Shown here: piece by piece, positions 26,445-33,949 of the stretch
How the letters are laid out: every line of letters begins with the position of its first letter
Numbering within the stretch: the first letter of the stretch is position 1
Assembly (NCBI GenBank): GCA_023251195.1
Contig: JAHEZG010000004.1
Location: forward strand, 1-33,949
Direction: 5' to 3'
Source of the DNA: Chitinophagaceae bacterium
GTDB lineage: Bacteria; Bacteroidota; Bacteroidia; Chitinophagales; UBA10324
Length of the DNA: 33,949 nt
Made by a program: the position numbers and the translations under genes
The notes under the pieces: model-generated
The model's input: the letters and a program-made list of their open reading frames with translations, nothing else
The model's database searches: none
Told to the model about the DNA's origin: nothing

Positions 26445-26945
26445 ATGTACAAAGTCACAAGCAAGAAGGGAGAAGAGTTTGAAATAAAATTTGATAAGGA
26501 TCGATTTTCGGTAAACGGAAAACCGGGTGAGTGGGACATTCAGAAAATCAAGAACAACCTGTATCATATTTTGTTTGAAGGAAGAAGTTTTGAAGCCGAA
26601 CTGCTGAAGGTGGATGCGGAGAATAAAACCGTGCATCTGAAAATAAATAACAAACCCATTGAGCTGAAAGTAGAAGACGAATACGACCAACTGTTACACA
26701 AACTCGGCATGGATAAGGCGCTCACCAAAAAAGTAAACGAACTGAAAGCGCCAATGCCCGGATTGGTTTTAAGAATATTAGCCGAAGAAGGGCAAACCAT
26801 AAAACAAGGCGACTCGCTCCTTGTGCTCGAAGCCATGAAAATGGAAAATGTATTAAAGAGCATGGGCGACGGAATCATCAAACAACTGAAAGTAAAAGCC
26901 GGAGATAAAGTGGAGAAAAATCAGTTGTTGATTGTGATGGTGTGA
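26445..26945 (+). CDS. Biotin/lipoyl attachment domain protein (BCCP-like)
   Basis: Start set to ATG 26445 (MYKVTSKKG..., 166 aa), because the longer ORF would overlap the M1 gene start region. Biotinylation motif EAMKMEN. Confidence 0.8.
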   Translation: MYKVTSKKGEEFEIKFDKDRFSVNGKPGEWDIQKIKNNLYHILFEGRSFEAELLKVDAENKTVHLKINNKPIELKVEDEYDQLLHKLGMDKALTKKVNELKAPMPGLVLRILAEEGQTIKQGDSLLVLEAMKMENVLKSMGDGIIKQLKVKAGDKVEKNQLLIVMV

Positions 26946-26960
26946 AAAAACCGAAGAAGA

Positions 26961-26980
26961 AATTATTGACGAGGATGCTA
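26961..26980 (+). repeat. Left copy of a direct repeat aaattattgacgaggatgct
   Basis: Matches 28901-28919 (aaattgttgacgagatgct) with 18 identities, 1 mismatch and 1 gap. Lies in the spacer after the BCCP-like gene. Confidence 0.6.
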
Positions 26981-27001
26981 TAAAATTTAGATTCAAAAAA
27001 A

Positions 27002-28759
27002 GTGAGTATAGAAACAATAGCCGAATTAATAACCCTAAAGGAAACCGAGAACAAGGTTGAGTTCAAAGAGGCTAAAGGCGGGAACTTTAGTTACAACGGT
27101 GGTTCGCGGGGTTCACCACAAGAGCGAAGGCGGTGTATTATTGGCTATGTAACAGCTTTTGCAAATGAAGGAGGCGGACATCTGGTGTTTGGTATTCATG
27201 ATGCACACCCACATAAAATAGTTGGCACTACTCAATGCTCGGGCGCTATTGGAAAGTTGGAGCAAGATATTTATCGTGATACGAAAATCAGGATTGTGGC
27301 GACCGAATTGTTTGATGAAAATAATTTGAGAGTATTAGTTGTTTCTATTCCTTCTCGACCAGCGGGGAAAGTTTATAAGTTTGAAGATGTTCCTCTAATG
27401 AGAGTGGGTGAAGAGCTTTTGCCAATGAGTGATGAACGCTATTTAAAAATCATCAATGAGCAAGACCCTGATTTTTCCGATAAAATTTGTGAGGGACTAA
27501 CTATCGAGGAGTTAGACACAAATGCAATAACAAAACTCAAAGATGCATACTCCAAGAAGCAAGACAACCCACAATTCGTTTCACTCTCAAATGAGCAAGC
27601 ACTTTCTGATTTGAGCTTAGTAAAAGGAAATCAGATTACTTATGCAGCATTGATTTTAGTCGGCAAAGAATCGGCAATCAAAAAATTTCTTCCGCAATCC
27701 GTTGTTCATTTAGAATATCGTAATACACTTACGCAAATCAATTTTGATAATCGTCAAATTTTTTCTGAGCCATATTTTATTACAATTGATAGGCTGTGGG
27801 ATTTAATAAACCAGCGTAACGGAAAAGTTCCGGTGCAACAAGGGCTTTTCATTTTTGATATTCCATTCTTCAACAAAGAGGTGATACGAGAGGCGGTTAA
27901 CAATGCGATAGCTCACCGCGATTATCGTAAAGCAAGCGAGGTGGTTATAAAACAGTTCCCGAATGAAATGCATGTTATCAATCCTGGGGGATTTCCGCAG
28001 GGTGTTACCCTACAAAATTTACTGACCGTAAATAGCACACCACGAAATAGATTGTTGAGTGATGTGTTGGCAAAAACAGGAGTAGTAGAAAGAAGCGGGC
28101 AAGGAGTCGACAAAATTTTTTATCAATCAATTTCAGAGGCAAAACCCGAACCCGATTATTCAAAGTCAGATGACTTTCAAGTGGAGTTGCGTTTGTCGGG
28201 CATTGTAGAGGATAAAGCATTTGCTTTATTCATCAGGCAAATTCAGCAGAACAGAAAAGATGACGAGAAATTAAGTGTGCAAGAAATTATTGCCTTAAAT
28301 CATATTCGAAAGGGGATTGATAAAGGCGAGATTGATACCACCTCTCTGAGAAAATTAGAAAAAGAAGGATTGGTAGAGCGAGTGGGAAAGACCAACTCGC
28401 AAAGGATAATTTTATCAAAAGAATATTTTGTTTTTACGGGGAAGCAAGGAGAATATACCGCTGAAAAATCTATTGACACATTTCAGATTGGCACTATGAT
28501 AATGAACCATATTCACGAATTTGGAAAAGGTAAAATGGGAGAATTTGAAACACTGCTTCAGAGATTTATGACGCGAGCCCAAGTAAAATATACCGTGACC
28601 AAACTGGTAGAGCAAGGAATGTTAGATAAAAAGGGCGAAGGACGAGGAACGGAATATTTTGCAGGAGCAAGAATGATGGAAGGGCAGAAGATTTTTCAAA
28701 GAGCGGTTGAATTAGGGTTTGAAGAAATGAAAAAGAGAGGGGAATTGCCCCGAAGCTAA
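27002..28759 (+). CDS. AlbA_2 (Schlafen-like) + HATPase_c_4 + C-terminal wHTH-like protein (often annotated 'putative DNA-binding / RecG-like ATP-binding protein')
   Basis: 585 aa with a GTG start. N-terminal part is ETENKVEFKEAKGG...GYVTAFANEGGGHLVFGIHD. Central part is EAVNNAIAHRDYRKASEVVIK...INPGGFPQGVT...STPRNRLLSDVLAKTGVVERSGQGVDKI. Confidence 0.75.
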   Translation: MSIETIAELITLKETENKVEFKEAKGGNFSYNGGSRGSPQERRRCIIGYVTAFANEGGGHLVFGIHDAHPHKIVGTTQCSGAIGKLEQDIYRDTKIRIVATELFDENNLRVLVVSIPSRPAGKVYKFEDVPLMRVGEELLPMSDERYLKIINEQDPDFSDKICEGLTIEELDTNAITKLKDAYSKKQDNPQFVSLSNEQALSDLSLVKGNQITYAALILVGKESAIKKFLPQSVVHLEYRNTLTQINFDNRQIFSEPYFITIDRLWDLINQRNGKVPVQQGLFIFDIPFFNKEVIREAVNNAIAHRDYRKASEVVIKQFPNEMHVINPGGFPQGVTLQNLLTVNSTPRNRLLSDVLAKTGVVERSGQGVDKIFYQSISEAKPEPDYSKSDDFQVELRLSGIVEDKAFALFIRQIQQNRKDDEKLSVQEIIALNHIRKGIDKGEIDTTSLRKLEKEGLVERVGKTNSQRIILSKEYFVFTGKQGEYTAEKSIDTFQIGTMIMNHIHEFGKGKMGEFETLLQRFMTRAQVKYTVTKLVEQGMLDKKGEGRGTEYFAGARMMEGQKIFQRAVELGFEEMKKRGELPRS

Positions 28760-28861
28760 TTCTCCACATTTTCTCCACAAAACAGAGGCAAAGTCGCCTA
28801 ATATTTATGTAAACAGTTGAAAATAAATATAAATGGAGCATTTTTAAATTCTCCACATTTT
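28758..28861 (+). repeat. TTCTCCACA repeats (28760-28768, 28771-28779, 28849-28857), including a perfect 15-nt direct repeat aattctccacatttt (28758-28772 and 28847-28861)
   Basis: Read directly. The first copy starts inside the stop codon of the AlbA_2 gene. Confidence 0.8.
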
Positions 28862-28900
28862 AACCTTAACCCCTATAAATACCAAGGTTAATTAAAGGAT

Positions 28901-28919
28901 AAATTGTTGACGAGATGCT
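28901..28919 (+). repeat. Right copy of the direct repeat aaattgttgacgagatgct
   Basis: See 26961-26980. It abuts the stop codon of the convergent serine hydrolase gene. Confidence 0.6.
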
Positions 28920-30124
28920 CACTCTCCGCCTTCATCATTCAACGAAACATCGGTTGAACCATCGTTCAAAATATTTTTTATCTCGTTGAGGGCATACACC
29001 GAGTGATTGAATTTATTGCCGAGCACAATAATCACATACTGCTCCTGCGGGTTGGTGTAGAACACGGTGTTGTAACCCTTCCACCAGCCATTGTGAAAAA
29101 TATATTTTTTGCCGGGCGCATATTCATACATGCGAAAACCCAACCCATAATTTTTATTTCCTGCATGCTCAAAACTCTGCGGCGTGAATGCCAGTTCGAG
29201 CGATTCTTTTTTGAGGAAGCAATCGGAGGTGAGCATTTTGTACCACTGTAACAGGTCGTGCGTGGTGCTGTACACGCCCTTGTCGCCGAGTATTCCATCA
29301 AATGCATCGGTGGCAATTGAACTCCAGTTGTAATTGTAGCCGCAGGTTTTATGCTCGCATAATTTTTTATCTTCCGTGGTGATGAAGTAAGTATTGAACA
29401 TGCCCACAGGATTTAAAATATACTGCTGCATGTATTCATCGAACTTCATTCCCGTTACTTTTTCGGTGATGGCGGCGAGCACCGCGTAGTTGGTGTTACA
29501 GTAGGTGAATTTTCTTCCCGGCTTAAACTGTAATGGCGGTGATTCGTTTTCCATCCAGCGCATTAAATCCTGGTTGTTTACTTTTTTGAAACCGAGTGCG
29601 GCGCTGTCTTCGTAAGCAAAACGATAATCGGGCAAACCGGTGCGATGACTCAACAACATTTTTAATGTGATGCCATGAACGGGAAACTTTGGATAATATT
29701 CCTGAATGGAATCATTGAGTGCGAGCTTTCCAATTTCGATGAGGTGTAACACCGCAACGGCAGTGAATGTTTTTGAAATGGAAGCGAGTTGAAATTTAGA
29801 ATCGTCGGTGAGTTTTAATTTTTTTCCGTAATCCTCGTAACCAAAATTGTTGTCGTACAGAATTACTCCTCGCTGTGCAATTAAAACATTGCCGTTAAAT
29901 CCTAAATGTTTTGCGCGGTAATTGAAAAGCGAATCGAGCAGGTGATGTTTTTTGTCGGCACGAATTTCTATTCGGATATTCTGCTCATCGGTTTTCGAAA
30001 GCATGAACTTCTGAATACACTCCACGCATAAATTGTTCGGTGCTTCATCTTTCGAAAAAAGATTTTTGCAGGAATTGCTTCCCAACAACATAATCACCAA
30101 CAATAAAGCGAGCTGCTTCTTCAA
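28919..30124 (-). CDS. Serine hydrolase, beta-lactamase/transpeptidase-like family (lipoprotein)
   Basis: 401 aa. Signal peptide plus Cys (LLGSNSC). S-x-x-K is ASISKTF, Y-x-N is YCNTNY, and there is a late HNGW box. Confidence 0.85.
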   Translation of the reverse strand: MKKQLALLLVIMLLGSNSCKNLFSKDEAPNNLCVECIQKFMLSKTDEQNIRIEIRADKKHHLLDSLFNYRAKHLGFNGNVLIAQRGVILYDNNFGYEDYGKKLKLTDDSKFQLASISKTFTAVAVLHLIEIGKLALNDSIQEYYPKFPVHGITLKMLLSHRTGLPDYRFAYEDSAALGFKKVNNQDLMRWMENESPPLQFKPGRKFTYCNTNYAVLAAITEKVTGMKFDEYMQQYILNPVGMFNTYFITTEDKKLCEHKTCGYNYNWSSIATDAFDGILGDKGVYSTTHDLLQWYKMLTSDCFLKKESLELAFTPQSFEHAGNKNYGLGFRMYEYAPGKKYIFHNGWWKGYNTVFYTNPQEQYVIIVLGNKFNHSVYALNEIKNILNDGSTDVSLNDEGGE

Positions 30125-30125
30125 T

Positions 30126-30803
30126 TTATTTTTTCACCTTTTTTGGTTTGAAATCTTTTCCCTGTTTCATGCTGATGATTCGCACATCATCAATCGGGCG
30201 ATCGGTTTTATCAGTCTTCACTGCTGCGATTGAATCGAGCACATTCAATCCTTCAATCACTTCGCCATATACAGTATAACCCATATCGAGGTGCGGAGTT
30301 CCCCCGATGGTTTTATAAATCTCGCGCTGCTCTGCCGACATTTTTCTGCCGGTTTGTTTTTCGATGTTGTCTAAATCTGAATCAGTGAATTTTTTTCCCT
30401 GCACGATGTAGAACTGACAACCACTTGATGCCTTCGCCGGATTTTCATCACGCGCTGCGGCAAGCACTCCTTTCTTGTGAAAGAGCGAAGTATTAAACTC
30501 AGCAGGAACTGTGTAACCAACATCGCCACCGCCGAGCATTTGTCCGGGCTTCGCATGTTTCGAATCAGGGTCACCCCCTTGAATCATAAAGTTTTTTATC
30601 ACGCGATGGAATAAAAGTGAGTCGTAGAAATGTTCGTTCACCAGTTTCAGGCAATTCTTCTGATGCAGTGGAGTTTCATTATAAAGCAGAATGCGCATTG
30701 TTCCGAATTTTGTAGTGAGAACAATGGTATGAATTTTTTCTTTCGGCTTGAATGAAACCAAAAAGAAAAGCGGGATAAGCAGGAATAATGATTTTTTTAA
30801 CAT
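30126..30803 (-). CDS. Cyclophilin-type peptidyl-prolyl cis-trans isomerase (exported)
   Basis: 225 aa. N-terminal signal sequence, then FHRVIKNFMIQGGDP and GCQFYIV. Confidence 0.9.
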   Translation of the reverse strand: MLKKSLFLLIPLFFLVSFKPKEKIHTIVLTTKFGTMRILLYNETPLHQKNCLKLVNEHFYDSLLFHRVIKNFMIQGGDPDSKHAKPGQMLGGGDVGYTVPAEFNTSLFHKKGVLAAARDENPAKASSGCQFYIVQGKKFTDSDLDNIEKQTGRKMSAEQREIYKTIGGTPHLDMGYTVYGEVIEGLNVLDSIAAVKTDKTDRPIDDVRIISMKQGKDFKPKKVKK

Positions 30804-30887
30804 GGCGTTTTTGTATTGCAGCCAAAAATAATTTTTTCAATACAACCACAACATCTTCTTTTCACAGTGGTAACGATGGATTGTTTA

Positions 30888-31259
30888 TTAATCCAAACGC
30901 TCGAAGTAATTGATGATACACTCTTTCAATAAATCTTCTTGTTCCTCAATGGTCATGACCGGGATTTTTTTTGTCTGCACCCAGTGCGGCCAGCCCTCAT
31001 CATCCAAACCTTCGAGCGAAAAATATCCCTGATCGCTTAACAGACGACAGGTGGCAATGTGCATGAGGTCTTGTTTTTCTTCCTTGGTAAATGAATCCTG
31101 AATTTTCCCCAGCTCGCGCACGCCAATGAGAAAAAGCATTGCATTCATGTCAGGTGCTTTGCCGAATTGTTCGTGCAGGCTTTTGCGGAGTGCAAGAAAT
31201 TTTTTTTCTCTTTCGAGAAATTGTTGCTGGGTGTTAGTAGTGTTTTGTTCGTTGCTCAT
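30888..31259 (-). CDS. Hypothetical protein
   Basis: 123-aa ORF with ordinary composition and no motif I recognise. Confidence 0.5.
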   Translation of the reverse strand: MSNEQNTTNTQQQFLEREKKFLALRKSLHEQFGKAPDMNAMLFLIGVRELGKIQDSFTKEEKQDLMHIATCRLLSDQGYFSLEGLDDEGWPHWVQTKKIPVMTIEEQEDLLKECIINYFERLD

Positions 31260-31321
31260 TTTTTGATTTTTCCTTAAAAAGGCTCAGGATGACAGATGCC
31301 GTCACAGAGTTTATCGAAGTG

Positions 31322-32119
31322 TCACATTTTAAATTCAAATTCATCGCTGTCGCTGAGTACTGGAAATTCTTTTCTATAATCATCCAGTGCGGATTTTGAA
31401 AGTGCAACGGTTTGCACGGTTTCAATGTCTGATTGCTGTAAAAGAATTTCGCCCTTCATGTCAATCACTGAACTATCGCCGCTATGATAAATTTTATTTC
31501 CATCCTCACCCACTCTGTTTAATCCAATGGTGTAACATTGGTTTTCTACTGCGCGAGCAACAAGAAGCGATTTCCAAGCATGAATTCTTCGCTCAGGCCA
31601 GTTAGCTACATAGAAAAGCAAATCATAATTCTCAGTGTTGCGGCTCCAAACAGGAAACCGCAAATCATAACATACCAACGGACAAATTTTCCATCCTTTA
31701 TAATCAACAATTAATTTTTTTGTTCCTGCGGTGTAGTGATTGTTCTCATCACCCATGCTGAACAAGTGTCGCTTGTCGTAAGTGTAAAAAATTCCATTAG
31801 GCTCGAACCAAATGAGGCGATTGAAAAATTTTTCATTCCTTTTAATCATCACACTTCCGCAAATGACTGCTTGTTTTTGTTCAGCCATTGCGCGCATCCA
31901 GGTTACAACTTTACCATTCCCGCCATCGAGGGCAGGCATTTCTTCTGCAAACAATTCCGGCTTCATGGAAAAGCCGGTGCTGAACATTTCGGGAAGGAGA
32001 ATAATATCTGTATCCTCAATGGAAGAAATTTTTTCTTCGAACATCTGAAGATTCGCATCCACATCTTCCCAATGAAGATTACTTTGAATGATTGTAATGC
32101 GGAGATTGTTTTCTGACAT
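31322..32119 (-). CDS. Carbon-nitrogen hydrolase (nitrilase superfamily, omega-amidase/YafV-like)
   Basis: 265 aa. E-K-C triad contexts are LPEMF, YDKRHLF and CYDLRFP. Confidence 0.85.
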   Translation of the reverse strand: MSENNLRITIIQSNLHWEDVDANLQMFEEKISSIEDTDIILLPEMFSTGFSMKPELFAEEMPALDGGNGKVVTWMRAMAEQKQAVICGSVMIKRNEKFFNRLIWFEPNGIFYTYDKRHLFSMGDENNHYTAGTKKLIVDYKGWKICPLVCYDLRFPVWSRNTENYDLLFYVANWPERRIHAWKSLLVARAVENQCYTIGLNRVGEDGNKIYHSGDSSVIDMKGEILLQQSDIETVQTVALSKSALDDYRKEFPVLSDSDEFEFKM

Positions 32120-32121
32120 AA

Positions 32122-32520
32122 CTATTTCATTTCAGAAAGATATTTTTCAACTCGAGAGACTAATAGCTTTGCCTCTTTATAAAGCGATTTTATTTTTTCT
32201 AAATCCAAATCAACAATTTCATCGTAGTCAACTTCATGTCTGTAGTCAAAAATTTCAGAATAAAATCTATAATACTGCGGCTCTATAATTCCCGATTGAA
32301 TGAAATGTTTTGCAAACAGAGAACGAGCGCCTGCATGTGTTTTGGTTTCTTCATCAATAGAAATAAGCAAAGATTTTACGGCATAAAAACTCGCATAATA
32401 GATTCGATTGGCGGAGGTATGAAGAAATTCTTCTTCAATTAATGTTTCTATTTCTTTTAGTGTATCAGTTGCGCGCCTCATGCGAAAGGCAATTCTGTCT
32501 TCCTTTGATTTTGCCTTCAT
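32122..32520 (-). CDS. HEPN domain protein (toxin partner of MNT)
   Basis: 132 aa, helical. Has a late R-x-x-x-DY segment (YRHEVDYD), as in classical PF05168 HEPN. ATGA overlap with the upstream nucleotidyltransferase gene. Confidence 0.75.
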   Translation of the reverse strand: MKAKSKEDRIAFRMRRATDTLKEIETLIEEEFLHTSANRIYYASFYAVKSLLISIDEETKTHAGARSLFAKHFIQSGIIEPQYYRFYSEIFDYRHEVDYDEIVDLDLEKIKSLYKEAKLLVSRVEKYLSEMK

Positions 32521-32834
32521 ATTACTATGCCATCATTCTGAATGCTATCATATAAAGAACTTTCTCCGCGCCTCTCTTCCCATTTATTTTCTGTGCGAAT
32601 TATGGGGCTGATAATTTTACCTGAAGCAATCTCTACATCACATATCGAATAGCGAATTGCTTTTTCTTCAGCAAGGGTGATTGAATTTTTTTTCACAAGC
32701 ACCAACAAATCAATATCCGAATCTTTATGAAAATCTCCGCGCGCATAAGAACCATACAAAAGAATTTTTGCATTCGGTTCAACACTGTAAACCGCTTTAC
32801 GAATTTGCTCGGTTAATTCAGGTGCGAGAAACAT
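32517..32834 (-). CDS. Minimal nucleotidyltransferase (MNT) domain protein (antitoxin partner of HEPN)
   Basis: 105 aa. Pol-beta NTase signature YGSYARGDFHKDSDIDLLV (GS-x-x-RG ... DxD). Confidence 0.85.
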   Translation of the reverse strand: MFLAPELTEQIRKAVYSVEPNAKILLYGSYARGDFHKDSDIDLLVLVKKNSITLAEEKAIRYSICDVEIASGKIISPIIRTENKWEERRGESSLYDSIQNDGIVI

Positions 32835-32875
32835 GATTCAAAAGTAAATGATAAATGCGAACTTACATTTGCTTC

Positions 32876-33592
32876 ATGCAGGCAAAAACCGAGGGCATTG
32901 TTTTTCGCACCGTGAAATATTCTGAAACGAGTGTGATTGCAGGAATTTATACTGAGCAATTCGGTTTGCAGTCGTACATCATTAATGGCGTGCGCGGAAA
33001 AGGAAAATCGAATTCAAAATCATCTGCGCTTGCTCCGCTTTCCGTTTTAAACATGGAAGTTTATAAAAAGGAAAACAAAAATATTAACCGCATAAAAAGC
33101 TTTGAGCCGGCAGTTGTGTTCAAACAAATTCCCTTTGATGTGGTGAAGAGTTCGCTGGTTTTGTTTCTGGCAGAAGTATTGAATCGCAGTGTGGTGGAAG
33201 AAGAAAGCAATGAACAACTTTATCAGTTTCTTAGGTATTCAATTATTGAACTGGATGTAACAAATAACCCATCAGATTTTCATTTGCATTTTTTAGCGCG
33301 GCTCACGAATTACTTAGGATTTACTCCGCATGGAAAATTTTCAGAAGAAACACCTGAGTTTAATCTGGCAGATGGAAGTTTTGTAAATTCAGTTTCGGTT
33401 TTGCAACCCAGTTTTCTGAATGGAGAAAAAGCAAAAATGTTTTCTGATTTATTTTTTAACAACACAGAATTACAACTCAATAAAAAAAGCCGCAAAGAAT
33501 TATTAAGTGCATTGCTTGAATATTACCGGCTGCATGTTTCCGGTTTTAATATTCTTAAATCGTTGGAGGTGATTGAACAGGTTTTTGCGTGA
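32876..33592 (+). CDS. recO: DNA repair protein RecO
   Basis: 238 aa from ATG 32876 (MQAKTEGIVFRTVKYSETS...), a typical RecO N-terminus. An exact TAnnTTTG box (TACATTTG, 32864-32871) lies downstream of the alternative ATG at 32855, which argues against that start. Confidence 0.8.
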   Translation: MQAKTEGIVFRTVKYSETSVIAGIYTEQFGLQSYIINGVRGKGKSNSKSSALAPLSVLNMEVYKKENKNINRIKSFEPAVVFKQIPFDVVKSSLVLFLAEVLNRSVVEEESNEQLYQFLRYSIIELDVTNNPSDFHLHFLARLTNYLGFTPHGKFSEETPEFNLADGSFVNSVSVLQPSFLNGEKAKMFSDLFFNNTELQLNKKSRKELLSALLEYYRLHVSGFNILKSLEVIEQVFA

Positions 33593-33615
33593 CGAACTAA
33601 TTTTTTCCGGCGAGC

Positions 33616-33648
33616 AACTTTTCCAAAGTTCGAAACTTTTGAAAAGTT
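33616..33648. terminator. Bidirectional hairpin terminator between recO and mnmG
   Basis: aacttttc-c-aaagtt-cga-aacttt-t-gaaaagtt gives 14 bp with one mismatch. It is flanked by T/A runs and ends 1 nt from the mnmG stop codon. Confidence 0.55.
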
Positions 33649-33649
33649 T

Positions 33650-33949
33650 TTAGCGACCGAGATAAACCATCAACACAGAAACATCACTCGGATTTACTCC
33701 GCTGATTCTGCTTGCCTGCCCGAGGGTACGGGGTTTAAATTTTTTCAACTTCTCTCTTGCTTCGAGCGAAAGAGAATTAATCACAGAGAAATCAAAATCT
33801 TCGGGTACCGGAACATATTCGAGGCGGTTCATCTTGTCCACTATTTCTTTTTCCTTCTCAATATATCCTTCGTACTTCATCAGAATTTCTGCCTGTTCAA
33901 TGCTGTCTTCCATTTTACCCGCAAGAACTTCTTTTACAGATGCAACCTT
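33650..33949 (-). CDS. mnmG: tRNA uridine-5-carboxymethylaminomethyl modification enzyme MnmG (GidA), C-terminal part only
   Basis: The C-terminal sequence ...EGYIEKEKEIV...SLEAREKLKKFKPRTLGQASRISGVNPSDVSVLMVYLGR is the conserved MnmG tail. The frame stays open to the window edge upstream of Met 33913. Confidence 0.9.
   Translation of the reverse strand, partial: KVASVKEVLAGKMEDSIEQAEILMKYEGYIEKEKEIVDKMNRLEYVPVPEDFDFSVINSLSLEAREKLKKFKPRTLGQASRISGVNPSDVSVLMVYLGR

Noticed and set aside
26385-26690. 102-codon N-terminal extension of the M1 peptidase ORF
   Set aside because: It has implausible composition and overlaps the BCCP-like gene on the other strand. A canonical signal peptide plus lipobox starts at Met103 (26384).
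30811-30845. ttgtattg ... caatacaa inverted repeat between the hypothetical gene and the PPIase gene
   Set aside because: It is an 8-bp AT-rich stem with a 19-nt loop and no U-tract in the transcribed orientation, so it is too weak to call a terminator.
31234-31425. 63-aa minus-strand ORF bridging the spacer and the 3' end of the C-N hydrolase gene
   Set aside because: It overlaps the supported hydrolase gene out of frame and includes the tgtcatcctgagc repeat copy.
1-33949. Scan for tRNA, rRNA, tmRNA, CRISPR arrays, integrases, transposases and reverse transcriptases
   Set aside because: I saw no T-loop/acceptor-like GGTTCGAATCC contexts, no regularly spaced repeats of 24 nt or more, and no ORF with recombinase, transposase or RT motifs. 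This was a visual scan, so small or divergent RNAs could have been missed.

Overview
AT-rich chromosomal segment that looks like Bacteroidota. Support for this: a T9SS C-terminal sorting domain protein, TAnnTTTG-type -7 promoter boxes, many lipoproteins, and almost no Shine-Dalgarno sites. Most of the window is ordinary core and accessory metabolism. Left to right: a truncated T9SS-secreted protein; a tetR-paaABCD phenylacetyl-CoA epoxidase cluster on the minus strand with no reductase gene; a GNAT; the rimP-nusA-infB operon; an RRM RNA-binding protein; an LPS pair (GT2 and O-antigen ligase); an ECF sigma, a small soluble anti-sigma and MeaB; a lipoprotein; a persulfide-dioxygenase-like MBL-rhodanese fusion; a phosphorelay cluster (hybrid HK-REC-Hpt, CheY-like REC, degenerate pseudo-receiver, LytTR regulator, Ig-like lipoprotein); a gamma-CA-like protein; an M1 aminopeptidase; a BCCP-like biotinyl protein; an AlbA_2/HATPase_c_4 protein; a serine hydrolase; a cyclophilin; a hypothetical protein; a C-N hydrolase; a HEPN-MNT toxin-antitoxin pair; recO; and the 3' end of mnmG. 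I found no rRNA, tRNA, CRISPR array, transposase or integrase. The observations most worth follow-up are: (1) a ~100-bp element of interleaved perfect inverted repeats (4x ACTCC, 4x GGAGT) in the paaC-paaD junction, with a 4-codon uORF coupled to paaD; (2) the highly repetitive tetR-paaA spacer, including two oppositely oriented hairpins with covarying stems and near-identical loops; (3) a terminator-like hairpin that every rimP-nusA-infB transcript must cross; (4) the branched phosphorelay with a pseudo-receiver carrying Glu at the phospho-acceptor position; (5) a single-gene AlbA_2/Schlafen-like islet bounded by a 19/20-nt direct repeat, with further repeats in its 3' flank; (6) a 510-bp non-coding gap. 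Nothing here can be shown to be a new system from sequence alone, and all functional readings are hypotheses.
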